From: Nitrospirota bacterium
Lineage (GTDB): Bacteria > Nitrospirota > UBA9217
NCBI GenBank assembly: GCA_029858565.1
Contig: JAOUEV010000003.1
Coordinates: 32,001-96,000, forward strand
Direction of reading: 5' to 3'
DNA length: 64,000 bases
The translations under genes and the position numbers were made by a program. Below are positions 41,370 to 52,177 of the stretch, one piece after another. Within the stretch, counting starts at the first letter, position 1; each line of letters opens with the position of its first letter. The notes under the pieces are model-generated. The model did not search any database. It was not told the DNA's origin and saw nothing but the letters and a program-made list of their open reading frames with translations.

Positions 41370-42100
41370 ACTTCTACCCCATCTTCTGGAAAGACCTGCT
41401 CTTGATCCGCAAGAAGCCCTGGAAGTTCCTCGCATCCAGCATGGTGATGCCGGTGCTCTACCTGGTCACTTTCGGCTGGGGGCTCGGCAGGGGGATGGCC
41501 ATGGCCAACGGCGGGACCTATCTCGACTTTGTGCTGCCGGGCCTGCTCGTCATGTCGGCGATGAACAACAGCTTCGGCCCGGTGTCCACGTCGGTGAACG
41601 TGAGCAAGCTTTACACCAAGACTATCGAGGAGGTGCTGGTCTCGCCGGTGAGCCACTGGGACATTGCCCTGGGCCGCGCGCTCATGGGGCTTGTGCGCGG
41701 CATGTTCTCCGCGCTGCTCCTGCTCGTGGTGGGACTGCTGTCCGGAGCGCGCCTGCATCTGTCGCCCGGTCTGGTGCTCGTGCTCGGCCTCACGTCGTTC
41801 TGCTTTGCCTCCGCTGCCGTCGCAGCCGCCATGGTCGCCAAGTCCCACGAGGACATGTCGAACTTCAACAGCTTTGTGATCATCCCCATGTCCTTTCTCG
41901 CGGGTACGTTCTTCACCCCTGACAAACTGCCCGAGCCCTTCCACAGCGCGGTGCTGATCTATCCGCTGACCCACGCCAGCATGCTCTTGCGCGCGTTCGC
42001 TGCGGGAGAAGTCCCGTCGATCCCGTCCCTGCTGATTCTCACGGCCTATGCAGCGCTGTTCTTCTATCTCGCCGGCAGAATGGTGAAGCGGGCCGTGTAG
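41366..42100 (+). CDS. ABC-2 type permease
   Basis: About six TM helices, YLDFVLPG, PMSFLAGTFF, PLTH. Confidence 0.92.
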   Translation: MNFYPIFWKDLLLIRKKPWKFLASSMVMPVLYLVTFGWGLGRGMAMANGGTYLDFVLPGLLVMSAMNNSFGPVSTSVNVSKLYTKTIEEVLVSPVSHWDIALGRALMGLVRGMFSALLLLVVGLLSGARLHLSPGLVLVLGLTSFCFASAAVAAAMVAKSHEDMSNFNSFVIIPMSFLAGTFFTPDKLPEPFHSAVLIYPLTHASMLLRAFAAGEVPSIPSLLILTAYAALFFYLAGRMVKRAV

Positions 42101-42285
42101 CCGCGGTGATCGAGGGAAAGCAGTATAGCATCGATCTTACCGCCTCCGGAATCGAAGAGATCGATCGACGCTCCACCTGATCCCCATTTGCCCGTCCAAC
42201 CCCCTCATCGGGAGACAACTAGTCCAAAATTAACCTCTGCAGCCAGCGCAGACCGTTTCTTTCCCCTCCAACGCCTTGTTTTGGA

Positions 42286-42314
42286 TTGACTTTTCAGGCC
42301 CTGAGGGCTAATAT
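42286..42314 (+). promoter_or_regulatory. Sigma70-type promoter for the GH57 gene
   Basis: TTGACT-17 bp-TAATAT. Confidence 0.55.
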
Positions 42315-42368
42315 TTCAGACTGTATATCCGCCGTAACTATTTAAAAAAAGCAGGGTTTTCCAAGCAC

Positions 42369-44546
42369 ATGCCCAAGGTCCAGTTCATCTTTGCCATACA
42401 TAACCATCAGCCTGTGGGCAACTTCGACTTCGTCGCCGAGGAGGCGTACCAGAAGTCCTACCTCCCCTTTGTCAATGTTCTTCAGCGTCACAAGGGCATC
42501 AAGATCACGCTCCACTACACCGGTATTCTCTACCGGTTCTTCGAGGAAAAGCATCCTGAGTACCTGGACATGCTGCGGCAGCTGGTGAAGGAAGGACGGG
42601 CGGAGATCCTTTCCGGCGGGTTCTATGAGCCTATCCTGGCCGTGCTTCCTGACGAGGACAAGGTCGGCCAGGTGCGGGCCCTGTCGGATTATGTGCGCAA
42701 GCAGATCGGGTACGACTGCCAGGGCATGTGGCTTGCCGAGCGGGTATGGGAGCCCCATTTGCCCCGGTTCATCGCTGCGGCGGGCATAGACCACGTGGTG
42801 GTGGACGACTACCATTTCAAGGCGGCCGGGCTTCGGGACCAGGAGCTGGACGGCTACTTCCTCACCGAGGAACAGGGCGCCCTGGTCCGCATCTTCCCGG
42901 GCAGCGAGCGGCTTCGCTATCTCATCCCGTTCCATGCTCCCGAGGACACCATCGCCCATCTCGCGACGCTCAAGTCACCGGAGCGGAACCGTCTCATCGT
43001 GATGGCCGATGACGGCGAGAAGTTCGGGGTCTGGCCCGAGACCTATCGCACGGTCTATGAGGAAGGGTGGCTCGACCGGTTCTTCACGCTCCTGGAGCAG
43101 AACAGCGACTGGCTCGAGACAACAACCTTCTCCGGGTTCATCGCGAAGGAAGGGCCGCGGGGCAGGGTATATCTGCCCACGGCCTCGTACATGGAAATGG
43201 GCGAGTGGACGCTGCCGACGGCCACGATGCGGGAATACGACGACGCCCTCGCGGTGATCAAGACCCTGCCCGAGGCCGACCGCATCAAGCCCTTCATGAA
43301 GGGCGGGACCTGGAGGAACTTCCAGGTCAAGTATCCCGAGAGCAACCACATGCACAAGCGGATGCTCATGGTGAGCGAGAAGGTCCACCGGGTGCTTGAT
43401 GCGCCGGGCGCCCTGGCGCGCTTCGACCGCGAAACAGCCAGCATGCTCGACCACCTGTACCAGGGCCAGTGCAATGACGCATACTGGCACGGCGTCTTCG
43501 GCGGACTGTATCTTCCCCATTTGCGGACCGCGGTGTACGAACATCTGATCCGGGCGGAATATCTCGCGGACAAGGCGCGGAAGACCCTGGGGCCGGTGCT
43601 GCGGGCCAAGGCGCAGCAGCAGCGGAAGCGCGAGTCCGACGGGTGGCTCGACATCGAACAAGGCGACTTCGACCGCGACGGCAGCGACGAGGTGATGCTC
43701 AATTCCGAACTTCTGAACGTACTGGTGGATCCCGCCGAAGGCGGCCGGATCACGGAGCTCGACTGGAAACCCCTGTCCTTCAACCTCATGAACACCCTGA
43801 CCCGCAGGCCCGAAGGCTACCATGACAAGATCGCGCTTGCCGGAAAGGGAACCACCGGGGTCAAGACCATCCATGACCGGGTCGTGGTGAAGGAAGAGGG
43901 GCTCCAGCACCATCTCCATTACGACTGGTACACCCGGGCTTCGCTCATCGACCATTTCCTGGAGACCGGCGTGGACCTGCAGAGCTTCATGCGGTCGGAG
44001 TACTATGAGGCCGGGGACTTCGTGCTGGGCTCCTACGAAGCAACGACACGGAAACAGCGGAGCGTGGCCCTGGTCGTGCTGGAACGCGAGGGGAGCGCCG
44101 CGGGTATTTCCATCAAGCTCCGGAAGACGCTGTTCCTGCGCGCGGGAGCTGCCGAGGTCATTATCCGGTACGAGATCGCGAACCAGGACCGGTCGGAGCT
44201 GAACACCACCTTCGGCTGCGAGTTCAATTTTTCGCTGCTGGCCGGCAACGCCCACGACCGGTACTACGAGATCCCGGGGCACATGCTCGAGAAGCGAAAC
44301 CTGGCGTCCATCGGCGAAACGAACAATGTAAGCAGTCTGAGCCTGGTGGACGAATGGTTGAAGCTGACGGTTGGGCTCTCCTTCTCCCGGCCCGCGGTGC
44401 TGTGGCGGGCGCCGGTGGAAACGGTCTCCCAGTCCGAGGCGGGATTCGAGCGGGTGTACCAGAGCTCCCTGGTGATGCCGTTGTGGAAGATCTCGCTCCG
44501 GCCCGGCGGGATCTGGGACGCCGAGATCCGGGTGAGTTTGACGTAA
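42369..44546 (+). CDS. GH57 alpha-amylase/4-alpha-glucanotransferase
   Basis: HNHQPVGN, YEPIL, WLAERVWE, DDGEKFG.WP, QCNDAYWHGVFGGLY, SEAGFERVYQ. Confidence 0.93.
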   Translation: MPKVQFIFAIHNHQPVGNFDFVAEEAYQKSYLPFVNVLQRHKGIKITLHYTGILYRFFEEKHPEYLDMLRQLVKEGRAEILSGGFYEPILAVLPDEDKVGQVRALSDYVRKQIGYDCQGMWLAERVWEPHLPRFIAAAGIDHVVVDDYHFKAAGLRDQELDGYFLTEEQGALVRIFPGSERLRYLIPFHAPEDTIAHLATLKSPERNRLIVMADDGEKFGVWPETYRTVYEEGWLDRFFTLLEQNSDWLETTTFSGFIAKEGPRGRVYLPTASYMEMGEWTLPTATMREYDDALAVIKTLPEADRIKPFMKGGTWRNFQVKYPESNHMHKRMLMVSEKVHRVLDAPGALARFDRETASMLDHLYQGQCNDAYWHGVFGGLYLPHLRTAVYEHLIRAEYLADKARKTLGPVLRAKAQQQRKRESDGWLDIEQGDFDRDGSDEVMLNSELLNVLVDPAEGGRITELDWKPLSFNLMNTLTRRPEGYHDKIALAGKGTTGVKTIHDRVVVKEEGLQHHLHYDWYTRASLIDHFLETGVDLQSFMRSEYYEAGDFVLGSYEATTRKQRSVALVVLEREGSAAGISIKLRKTLFLRAGAAEVIIRYEIANQDRSELNTTFGCEFNFSLLAGNAHDRYYEIPGHMLEKRNLASIGETNNVSSLSLVDEWLKLTVGLSFSRPAVLWRAPVETVSQSEAGFERVYQSSLVMPLWKISLRPGGIWDAEIRVSLT

Positions 44547-44701
44547 AGGCTGGACAACACCGGAAAGCTCATGTCGCACGAAGAAACAAAGACACGAAGA
44601 AAGTCGTTCCGGAAAAGGTGACAGCATTTCTCCGTGGCTTCGTGAATTCGTGCGAGAACAGGTCTGACTATGTCAATCTTTTGTGAAGGAATGAAAAATC
44701 C

Positions 44702-46501
44702 ATGAAGAAGTTCGCGGCAGTTCTTATCGGTTTTCTGCTCCTGATGCCTCTCGCGGTGCGCGCGGAAAAAGCGCTCGGCCCCGAGGAGGTCACCTCGGTC
44801 GACGAGATCGCCGTGTCGATCGCTTCCTACTTCCCGAAGGTGCAGGGAGAAGTGAGTGCCCTGCAGGGCGACCGGCTCACGCTGTCCGTGGGCAGGAAAG
44901 AAGGATTGCTGCCCGGCATGGTGTTGTCGCTCTGGCGCGAGGGCAGGGAATTCCAGCACCCGGTCACCAAGGCGGTGCTTGGCCACGTGGAGGATGAGAT
45001 TGGGTCCGTGGAGGTCCTGACCGTGGCAGAGGGCTCATCCACCGCGGTGATGAAGAACAAACTGAAGGACCCGAAGCAGGGCGATCGGGCGCGCATTTCG
45101 CCGCGCAAGCTCGCGCTCGGGGTGCTTCCGGTCGTGGCCGACCGGCCGGAGATCATCCAGGGGCTTTCGGACCGGCTGCAGGAACTGGGAAGGTTCTCGG
45201 TCCTTGAGACCCAGAAGACGGTATCCTTTCTGAAAGGCAAAAAACAGCGTGACACGTCGCTTGTGCGCGAGATGATCGACGCCTACAAGCTTGATGCGGT
45301 CACTGCAGTGGGTCTCTATCCCGTGGGAGAGAAGCTCCTGGTCACCGCGCGGGTGTTTTACGCCAATGAATCGGATCCGGTGGACACGATAGTCGTTCTG
45401 CTGTCGCTTGCTTCAAAACGCGAAGCGCTGGGCGACGTACGTCCCTTCTTCGCTCCGGTGCAGGCGGCGCAGGAAAAGCTTCCCGACCTTCCGGTGGCTG
45501 CGCGGTATTTCGGCGCCGGCGATCTTGATGGGGACGGTGCCCTGGAGTATGTTTTTTCCGACGAGATGAGGCTCCATATCTACCGGCCGGAACCGTCGGG
45601 ATGGAAGGAAGCATGGACGGAACAGGTCCCGATGGGTGAAAAGGAAGGCCGGCAGTTCCACCTGGATGTCGCGGATATCGATGGCAACGGGAAACCGGAG
45701 ATCTACGTCACCCGCATGCTGAACAGCAGGGTCTCGACCGTTATTCTCGAGCACCAGGGCAAGGGATTCCAGCGTGTCGCGGAGATGAACGGGTTCCTCC
45801 GGGTCCTGCGTCAGCCCGGCAGGGGCATGGTCCTCATCGGCCAGGACTATGACCCGGCGACCTTCTATGCCGGGCCGGTGCGTGAATATGCCTGGTCCGG
45901 TGGCAAGATTGCGGCGGGGCAGACGATCGCGCTCCCGAAGGATGTGAACCTCTATGGATTCACCTTTGCTGATTTCGGCGAAGCCCGTCCGTTGCTCGTC
46001 CTGTTCGATCGCGACAACCGGTTATCGGTCTACTCCGGGGACACGGTGCTCTGGAGGAGCGAAGAGCGGTATGTTGCGGTTGACGCTGTGGTGATCAAGC
46101 CCCTCTCCGGTCTTGACTCCGCTGTCGGCCGCACGGCAAGCGATCTGGACCGTGCCATGGGCAGTGCCGCGGCCCAGCGCGAGAAGGACAGGGAGATACG
46201 CATCCCGGGCGACATCCAGGCACTGGACCTGGACGGGAACGGGAAGGATGAACTGGTGCTCCCCCGGAACACACCGGTCCCGCTGCTCGGCGGATACAAG
46301 GGCGGCGAAGTGCACAGTCTCGCGTGGACCGGAAGCAGGCTGGAGCCCCGGTGGACGGTGAAGGACCTGGCAGGCCCGGTCCTGGCAGCGCAGATACTGC
46401 CGCCGGTCAGGGGCGCCGCGACGGTCGCAGCCCTGGTCCAGATCCCCGGCGGTCTGTTCAGCAAGGACGCCTACCGGGTGGAGCTGTACGAAGGGAAGTA
46501 G
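44702..46501 (+). CDS. Secreted FG-GAP/VCBS repeat protein
   Basis: Signal peptide; GDLDGDGALE, ADIDGNGKPE, LDLDGNGKDE. Confidence 0.8.
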   Translation: MKKFAAVLIGFLLLMPLAVRAEKALGPEEVTSVDEIAVSIASYFPKVQGEVSALQGDRLTLSVGRKEGLLPGMVLSLWREGREFQHPVTKAVLGHVEDEIGSVEVLTVAEGSSTAVMKNKLKDPKQGDRARISPRKLALGVLPVVADRPEIIQGLSDRLQELGRFSVLETQKTVSFLKGKKQRDTSLVREMIDAYKLDAVTAVGLYPVGEKLLVTARVFYANESDPVDTIVVLLSLASKREALGDVRPFFAPVQAAQEKLPDLPVAARYFGAGDLDGDGALEYVFSDEMRLHIYRPEPSGWKEAWTEQVPMGEKEGRQFHLDVADIDGNGKPEIYVTRMLNSRVSTVILEHQGKGFQRVAEMNGFLRVLRQPGRGMVLIGQDYDPATFYAGPVREYAWSGGKIAAGQTIALPKDVNLYGFTFADFGEARPLLVLFDRDNRLSVYSGDTVLWRSEERYVAVDAVVIKPLSGLDSAVGRTASDLDRAMGSAAAQREKDREIRIPGDIQALDLDGNGKDELVLPRNTPVPLLGGYKGGEVHSLAWTGSRLEPRWTVKDLAGPVLAAQILPPVRGAATVAALVQIPGGLFSKDAYRVELYEGK

Positions 46502-46574
46502 ATCCCGGACGATCGACCGGGTGTGGAGCGGGGGCCAGGAGAGACCCGGCCGCTCTTGAGAGGATCGCAGCACT

Positions 46575-47375
46575 ATGAAGAAAAAAGAATCTACCGTGGA
46601 GGATCTGCGGGGGATGATCGACATGCAGAAGCTGCCGCGCCACATCGCCATCATCATGGATGGGAACGGCAGATGGGCGCAGCGCCGGGGCATGCCGCGG
46701 GTGTTCGGGCATAAGCGCGGTGCCGAGCGCGTCAAGAACGTGGTGGAGCAGTGCCGCGCCCTGGGCATCCAGATCCTGACGCTGTACGCCTTTTCCGACG
46801 AGAACTGGGGCCGTCCCCGTGAGGAAGTGAGCTTCCTCATGGACATGCTCGGCAGCTATCTCCGCTCAGAGATAGATTCCATGAAGAAGAACGGGATCCG
46901 GTTCCGCACCATCGGCAGGATCGAACGGCTGCCCGCAAGCGCTTCCACCTGGATCGAGAAGGCCAGGTCCGAGACCGAGCAGAACTCGGGCATGGTCCTG
47001 AACCTGGCGCTGTCCTACGGCGGACGGGGAGAGATCCTGCAGGCCATCCGGAGGCTGCAGAGCGCGGGAGGGATACCGGAGGAACTTCGCGAGGAGCATC
47101 TGTCCCGCCATCTGGACACCGCGGGCCTGCCGGACCCCGACCTGATGATCCGCACGAGCGGCGAGCAGCGCATCAGCAATTTCCTGCTTTGGCAGGCCGC
47201 CTATGCCGAACTTTACTTCACCGAGGTGCTGTGGCCGGATTTCGACGAAAAGGAACTGCTGTTGTCCATCGTCGATTACCAGAAGCGACACCGGCGTTTC
47301 GGCCTGACCGGGGAACAGCTTCCGCAGGGCGTCGGTCGCGACGACGCTCCGACAGCCGCAGAATCCCATCGTTAA
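46575..47375 (+). CDS. uppS: Undecaprenyl diphosphate synthase
   Basis: HIAIIMDGNGRWA, YAFS.ENW, RTSGEQRISNFLLWQ. Confidence 0.97.
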   Translation: MKKKESTVEDLRGMIDMQKLPRHIAIIMDGNGRWAQRRGMPRVFGHKRGAERVKNVVEQCRALGIQILTLYAFSDENWGRPREEVSFLMDMLGSYLRSEIDSMKKNGIRFRTIGRIERLPASASTWIEKARSETEQNSGMVLNLALSYGGRGEILQAIRRLQSAGGIPEELREEHLSRHLDTAGLPDPDLMIRTSGEQRISNFLLWQAAYAELYFTEVLWPDFDEKELLLSIVDYQKRHRRFGLTGEQLPQGVGRDDAPTAAESHR

Positions 47376-47387
47376 CGGAGACCTTGC

Positions 47388-48188
47388 ATGAGCGGAACCC
47401 GCGTTGCCACCAGCGTCGTGCTGATCCCCCTGCTGTTCATCATTGTGTGGGTCCTGCCGCCGATCTATTTCGCGGGGCTCGCGGTCGTTGCCGCGGTCGT
47501 CGGGCTGCAGGAGTTCTACGGCATGGTCAAGGCGCGCGGTCTCAAGCCGCTCGAAACGATCGGTTTCCTGCTCGGCGCGGTCCTTATCCTGGAGTTTTCC
47601 CGTACCGGCATGCAGCGCCTCGGGTATGACCTTGTCCTGACGTTTAGCGTGCTCGCGGTCCTGTGCGCGCGGCTCTTCTCCCGGCGGCCCGTGGAAGGGG
47701 CGCTCGAGGAGATCGCCGTGACCCTGCTGGGCGTTCTCTATGTTGCGCTGCTCTTCGGGTTCCAGGTTGCCATCCACCGGGGCTCCCAGGGCAAGTACTG
47801 GCTCATGTTCATGTACCTGGTGATCTGGGCGTCCGATACCGGCGCGTATTATGTGGGCAGCGCGTTCGGAAAGCACCGGCTCTACGAAAAGATCAGCCCC
47901 AAGAAGAGCGTCGAGGGACTTGCAGGCGGCGTTGCGGCATCGGTGCTTGTCGCGGTCCTGTGCAAGCTCTGGCTCGTCAAAGGCCTGGGCTGGGGACCGG
48001 CGATCGCGCTTGGCGCGGTTCTCGCGCTGGTCGGGACCGTGGGCGACCTTGCGGAGTCCCTGCTCAAGCGGAGCGCCGGCGTAAAGGACTCGGGAGCGCT
48101 CATCCCCGGACATGGCGGTATCCTGGACCGCATGGACAGCATGCTGTTCGCCGCGCCGGTGCTCTATTATTATCTCAAGATGAGGTGA
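47388..48188 (+). CDS. cdsA: Phosphatidate cytidylyltransferase
   Basis: SDTGAYY, ISPKKSVEG, GDLAES..KR..GVKDSG..IPGHGGILDR. Confidence 0.97.
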   Translation: MSGTRVATSVVLIPLLFIIVWVLPPIYFAGLAVVAAVVGLQEFYGMVKARGLKPLETIGFLLGAVLILEFSRTGMQRLGYDLVLTFSVLAVLCARLFSRRPVEGALEEIAVTLLGVLYVALLFGFQVAIHRGSQGKYWLMFMYLVIWASDTGAYYVGSAFGKHRLYEKISPKKSVEGLAGGVAASVLVAVLCKLWLVKGLGWGPAIALGAVLALVGTVGDLAESLLKRSAGVKDSGALIPGHGGILDRMDSMLFAAPVLYYYLKMR

Positions 48189-48230
48189 AACAGTGTGGAG
48201 TGCGGAGTGCGAAGTGCGGAGTAAAAAGAC

Positions 48231-49388
48231 GTGAAGCGGATATCCATCCTCGGTTCCACCGGGTCCATCGGAACGTCGACGCTCGCGGTCGCGGAGCAGT
48301 TCCCTGACCGGTTCAAGGTCGTTGCCATTGCCGGCGGGAACAACAGCGAACTGCTCGAAGCGCAGATCAGGAAATTCCGGCCTTCCCTGGCGGCGATCGT
48401 GAGCGAACGGTCCGCTGCTGATCTCCGTGAACGGTGCAAAGACCTGCCGGTGCGCATCCTCTCGGGCGTCGAGGGCATGATCGCGGTCGCGGCAGCCGAC
48501 GAGGCGGACATCACGGTCTCGGCCATCGTGGGGACCGCGGGGCTTGTGCCGACCATGGCCGCGGTCCAGGCGGGCAAGGATATCGCGCTGGCGAACAAGG
48601 AAGTGCTGGTCACGGCGGGCGAACTGGTCATGGAAGAATGCCGGACCCGCAACGTCCGCCTGTTCCCCGTGGACAGCGAGCACAGCGCCATATTCCAGAG
48701 CCTCCAGGCCGGTGAGCGGAAGGACGTGAAACGCCTGGTCCTCACGGCCTCGGGAGGCCCGTTCCGGAACCACTCTGCCGCGGACCTGGCAAAGGTGACG
48801 CTTCAGCAGGCCCTGAAGCACCCGAACTGGAACATGGGCAAGAAGATCACGATCGATTCCGCCACGCTCATGAACAAGGGGCTCGAGGTCATTGAGGCGC
48901 ACTGGCTCTTTGGCGTGCGGCCCGAACAGATCAGCGTGCTGGTCCACGCACAGAGCATCATCCATTCGCTCGTGGAGTTCCAGGACGGCTCCGTGATCGC
49001 CCAGCTCGGCATGCCTGACATGAAGGGGCCCATTGCCTATGCGCTTTCGTGGCCCCACCGGCTTCCCGACGTTTCACCGGGCCTCGATCTGGCGTCGATA
49101 GCGACGCTCACCTTCAAGGAGCCGGACCTCGAACTCTTCCCGTGCCTGGGATACGCATACGACGCCATCCGCACCGGCGGAAGCATGCCCGCGGTCCTGT
49201 CGGCGGCGAACGAGGTGGCGGTCAAGTATTTTCTGGAAGAGAAGATCGGGTACCATGACATCGCGAGGACGATCAAAGCGACCATGGACGCCCACCGCCC
49301 CGTGCAGTTCAAGACCGTGGAGGACGCGCTGAAAGCGGACCTCTGGGCACGGGGAGAAGCGGAGAAAATCATAGCAAGCAAGGATTAA
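48231..49388 (+). CDS. dxr: 1-deoxy-D-xylulose 5-phosphate reductoisomerase
   Basis: ILGSTGSIG, LANKE, PVDSEH, TASGGPF, KITIDSATLMNKGLE. Confidence 0.98.
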   Translation: MKRISILGSTGSIGTSTLAVAEQFPDRFKVVAIAGGNNSELLEAQIRKFRPSLAAIVSERSAADLRERCKDLPVRILSGVEGMIAVAAADEADITVSAIVGTAGLVPTMAAVQAGKDIALANKEVLVTAGELVMEECRTRNVRLFPVDSEHSAIFQSLQAGERKDVKRLVLTASGGPFRNHSAADLAKVTLQQALKHPNWNMGKKITIDSATLMNKGLEVIEAHWLFGVRPEQISVLVHAQSIIHSLVEFQDGSVIAQLGMPDMKGPIAYALSWPHRLPDVSPGLDLASIATLTFKEPDLELFPCLGYAYDAIRTGGSMPAVLSAANEVAVKYFLEEKIGYHDIARTIKATMDAHRPVQFKTVEDALKADLWARGEAEKIIASKD

Positions 49389-49475
49389 AGGAGTAAAGGA
49401 TTAATAGGATTAAGGTGATGTACCGGTAATCCTCGTAATCCTCTAATCCTGTAATCCTGGTTTTCTGGAGGTTTC

Positions 49476-50759
49476 ATGACTTTAGTCTATTTTCTTATTG
49501 TGATCGGCATTCTCGTGTTCGTGCATGAGCTGGGACACTTCATCACCGCCAAGCGCGCAGGCGTGCGGGTGGAGAAGTTCTCGCTCGGCATGGGGCCGAA
49601 GCTTTTCGGATACAAGAAGGGCGACACGGAGTATGTGCTGTCCGCGCTGCCGCTGGGCGGGTACGTGAAGATGGCTGGCGAGAATCCCGATGAAGAACCG
49701 ACCGGCGCGCCTGACGAGTTCCACTCCAAGACCGTATGGCAGCGCGCCAAGATCGCCGCGGCGGGGTCGCTCACGAACATCGTGCTCGCGTTCGTCCTGA
49801 TGCCGCTGGTTTATATGGTCGGCACCTATGCCGAGGGACCTGCCAAGGTCGGATTCGTGGAAAAGGGTTCACCTGCCGCCAAGGCGGGATTCCTGGCCGG
49901 CGACGTGATCACCGAGATCAACAACCGGACCATTTCCGACTGGACCAAGGCGTTATCCCTCATAGCCGTGAATCCCGACACCGATGTGACCGTAACACTT
50001 GAGCGGGGGAGCGAGAAGAAGGTGCTGACGCTCAGACCGGAAGCGGCAACAGAGCTCAGGATCGGCACCGCGGGTCTCATGCCGGACATGCCGGCCGAGA
50101 TCGGCAGGCTGCGGTCAGGTTTGCCCGCTGAAAAGTCCGGCTTGAAGGTGAATGACAAGATCCTGGCTGTCGACAATGTCACGATCTACCACTGGAACCA
50201 GTTCTCCCTTGCGGTAAAGGAGAGCGGGGGCAAGGCGCTGAACCTCAGGATCGAGCGTGCGGGGAAACGGCAGGATATGACCATTATCCCGGTCATGGAT
50301 AGCGGAAGATACGTGATCGGTGTGGAGCCCTATATCCGCTATGTGTTCAAGAAGTTTGGCTTCTTCGAATCCATCCGGCTCGGATTCACCAAGACGCTCG
50401 AGACCGCGGACCTGACGTTCATCACCCTCAAGAAGCTCCTGTCCTTTGGACTTTCGATCAAGACCCTGGGCGGTCCGGTGATGATAGCCCAGATGTCCGG
50501 AGCTGCCGCAGCGGCCGGTCTTTCGGCCTTTATCGCCCTCATGGCGACCATCAGCCTGTCGCTCGGCATGCTGAACCTGCTTCCGATCCCGGTGCTGGAC
50601 GGCGGCATGCTGCTGTTCCTGGCCATCGAGGCCGTGCGCAAGAAGCCCATGAGCCAACGGGTCATGGAAGTGAGCCAGGGGATCGGCGCCGCGCTCCTGA
50701 TCACGCTGATCGCGGTGGTATCGTACAATGATGTGATGCGGTTGTTCTTCAATAAATAG
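49476..50759 (+). CDS. rseP: RIP metalloprotease RseP
   Basis: HELGH, PLGGYVKM, two PDZ domains, NLLPIPVLDGG. Confidence 0.96.
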   Translation: MTLVYFLIVIGILVFVHELGHFITAKRAGVRVEKFSLGMGPKLFGYKKGDTEYVLSALPLGGYVKMAGENPDEEPTGAPDEFHSKTVWQRAKIAAAGSLTNIVLAFVLMPLVYMVGTYAEGPAKVGFVEKGSPAAKAGFLAGDVITEINNRTISDWTKALSLIAVNPDTDVTVTLERGSEKKVLTLRPEAATELRIGTAGLMPDMPAEIGRLRSGLPAEKSGLKVNDKILAVDNVTIYHWNQFSLAVKESGGKALNLRIERAGKRQDMTIIPVMDSGRYVIGVEPYIRYVFKKFGFFESIRLGFTKTLETADLTFITLKKLLSFGLSIKTLGGPVMIAQMSGAAAAAGLSAFIALMATISLSLGMLNLLPIPVLDGGMLLFLAIEAVRKKPMSQRVMEVSQGIGAALLITLIAVVSYNDVMRLFFNK

Positions 50760-50765
50760 AGGCAG

Positions 50766-51854
50766 ATGAATCCCATTCCCCGAAAAAAAACCCGTCAGAT
50801 CAGCGTAGGCCCGGTGAAGATCGGCTGGGGCGCGCCGGTGGTCGTGCAGTCCATGTGCAACACCGACACGCGCGATGCCGCTGCCACGATCGGTCAGATC
50901 AACCGGCTGCAGGCGGTCGGGTGCGAGCTTGTGCGGCTTGCGGTCCCTGATGAGGATGCTGCACGGACGCTCGGAAGGATCAAGCAGGGTACGACCATGC
51001 CGCTGATCGCGGACATTCACTTCAGCCATACGCTGGCTTTGGAAGCGATCAAGCAGGGCGTGGACGGGCTCAGGATCAATCCCGGGAACATCGGCGGCAA
51101 GGACAAAGTGAGCGAGGTCGTTGCAGCATGCAGGGACCGGAACATCCCGATCCGGATCGGCGTGAACGCGGGCTCGCTGGAAAAACATCTGCTCGAAAAA
51201 TACGGCCATCCCACGCCCGAGGCAATTGTTGAGAGCGCCTTCGGCCATATCCGCATCCTTGAAGAGCTTGATTATCAGAACATCAAGGTCTCGCTCAAGG
51301 CATCGGACGTGCTGACCACGGTTGAATCCTACCGGTTGTTCTCGAAACGATCCGATTATTCGGTGCATATCGGCATTTCCGAGGCAGGCACACTTCACTC
51401 GGGAACGATCAAGTCCAGTGTCGGTCTGGGCATTCTCCTGTCCGAAGGCATCGGCGACACCATGCGGGTATCGCTTACGGCCGATCCGGTCGAGGAGGTC
51501 CGCGTTGCTTACGAGATCCTGAAGTCACTCAGGATCCGGCAGCGGGGCGTGAACATCATCTCCTGCCCCACCTGCGGCAGGACGGAGATCGATATTATCG
51601 GCCTGGCCGAGACCGTGGAAAAGCGGCTCAGCCATATCACCGAACCGCTCACCGTGGCGGTAATGGGCTGCGTGGTGAACGGGCCGGGCGAAGCGCGCGA
51701 GGCCGACATCGGCATCGCCGGCGGCAAGGGAACCGGTCTCCTGTTCAAGCATGGGGAGATCGTGAAGAAGTTCGATGAGAAGGAACTGGCGGATGTGCTG
51801 GTGAGGGAAGTGGAAAAGATCGTGAGGGAGAAAGAATCGTCTCGTTGTGATTGA
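50766..51854 (+). CDS. ispG: HMB-PP synthase
   Basis: VQSM, ADIHF, RINPGN, RIGVNAGSL, SCPTCGR, MGCVVNGPGE. Confidence 0.98.
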   Translation: MNPIPRKKTRQISVGPVKIGWGAPVVVQSMCNTDTRDAAATIGQINRLQAVGCELVRLAVPDEDAARTLGRIKQGTTMPLIADIHFSHTLALEAIKQGVDGLRINPGNIGGKDKVSEVVAACRDRNIPIRIGVNAGSLEKHLLEKYGHPTPEAIVESAFGHIRILEELDYQNIKVSLKASDVLTTVESYRLFSKRSDYSVHIGISEAGTLHSGTIKSSVGLGILLSEGIGDTMRVSLTADPVEEVRVAYEILKSLRIRQRGVNIISCPTCGRTEIDIIGLAETVEKRLSHITEPLTVAVMGCVVNGPGEAREADIGIAGGKGTGLLFKHGEIVKKFDEKELADVLVREVEKIVREKESSRCD

Positions 51855-51886
51855 CAGGAATCGGGGCAACTCGGATAATAACTGCC

Positions 51887-52177
51887 ATGGGAATCGACGA
51901 ACTTATAAAAGATAAACGAACTGAAATCCTCCGCATCGCCGAGAAGCACGGTGCCTACAATGTCCGTATTTTCGGGTCAGTAGCCCGCGGCGAAGCAGGC
52001 CCTGCCAGCGACATTGACATCCTGGTCGAGGTGGGGCAAAAGCATTCGTCCTTTTTCCCCGGCGGTCTTGTCGCTGATCTCGAAGAGCTCCTCGGCCGGC
52101 GTGTGGATGTGGTCACCGTGAAGGGATTGAACAAGTTTCTCCGCGATCGGGTGCTGAGGGAGGCTGTGGCGCTTTGA
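51887..52177 (+). CDS. MNT minimal nucleotidyltransferase antitoxin
   Basis: FGSVARGEA...SDIDILV, LEELLGRRVDVV. Confidence 0.92.
   Translation: MGIDELIKDKRTEILRIAEKHGAYNVRIFGSVARGEAGPASDIDILVEVGQKHSSFFPGGLVADLEELLGRRVDVVTVKGLNKFLRDRVLREAVAL

Noticed and set aside
42107-42180. Short frame VIEGKQYSIDLTASGIEEIDRRST after the ABC permease
   Set aside because: 24 codons with no RBS; possibly a gene remnant but not supportable
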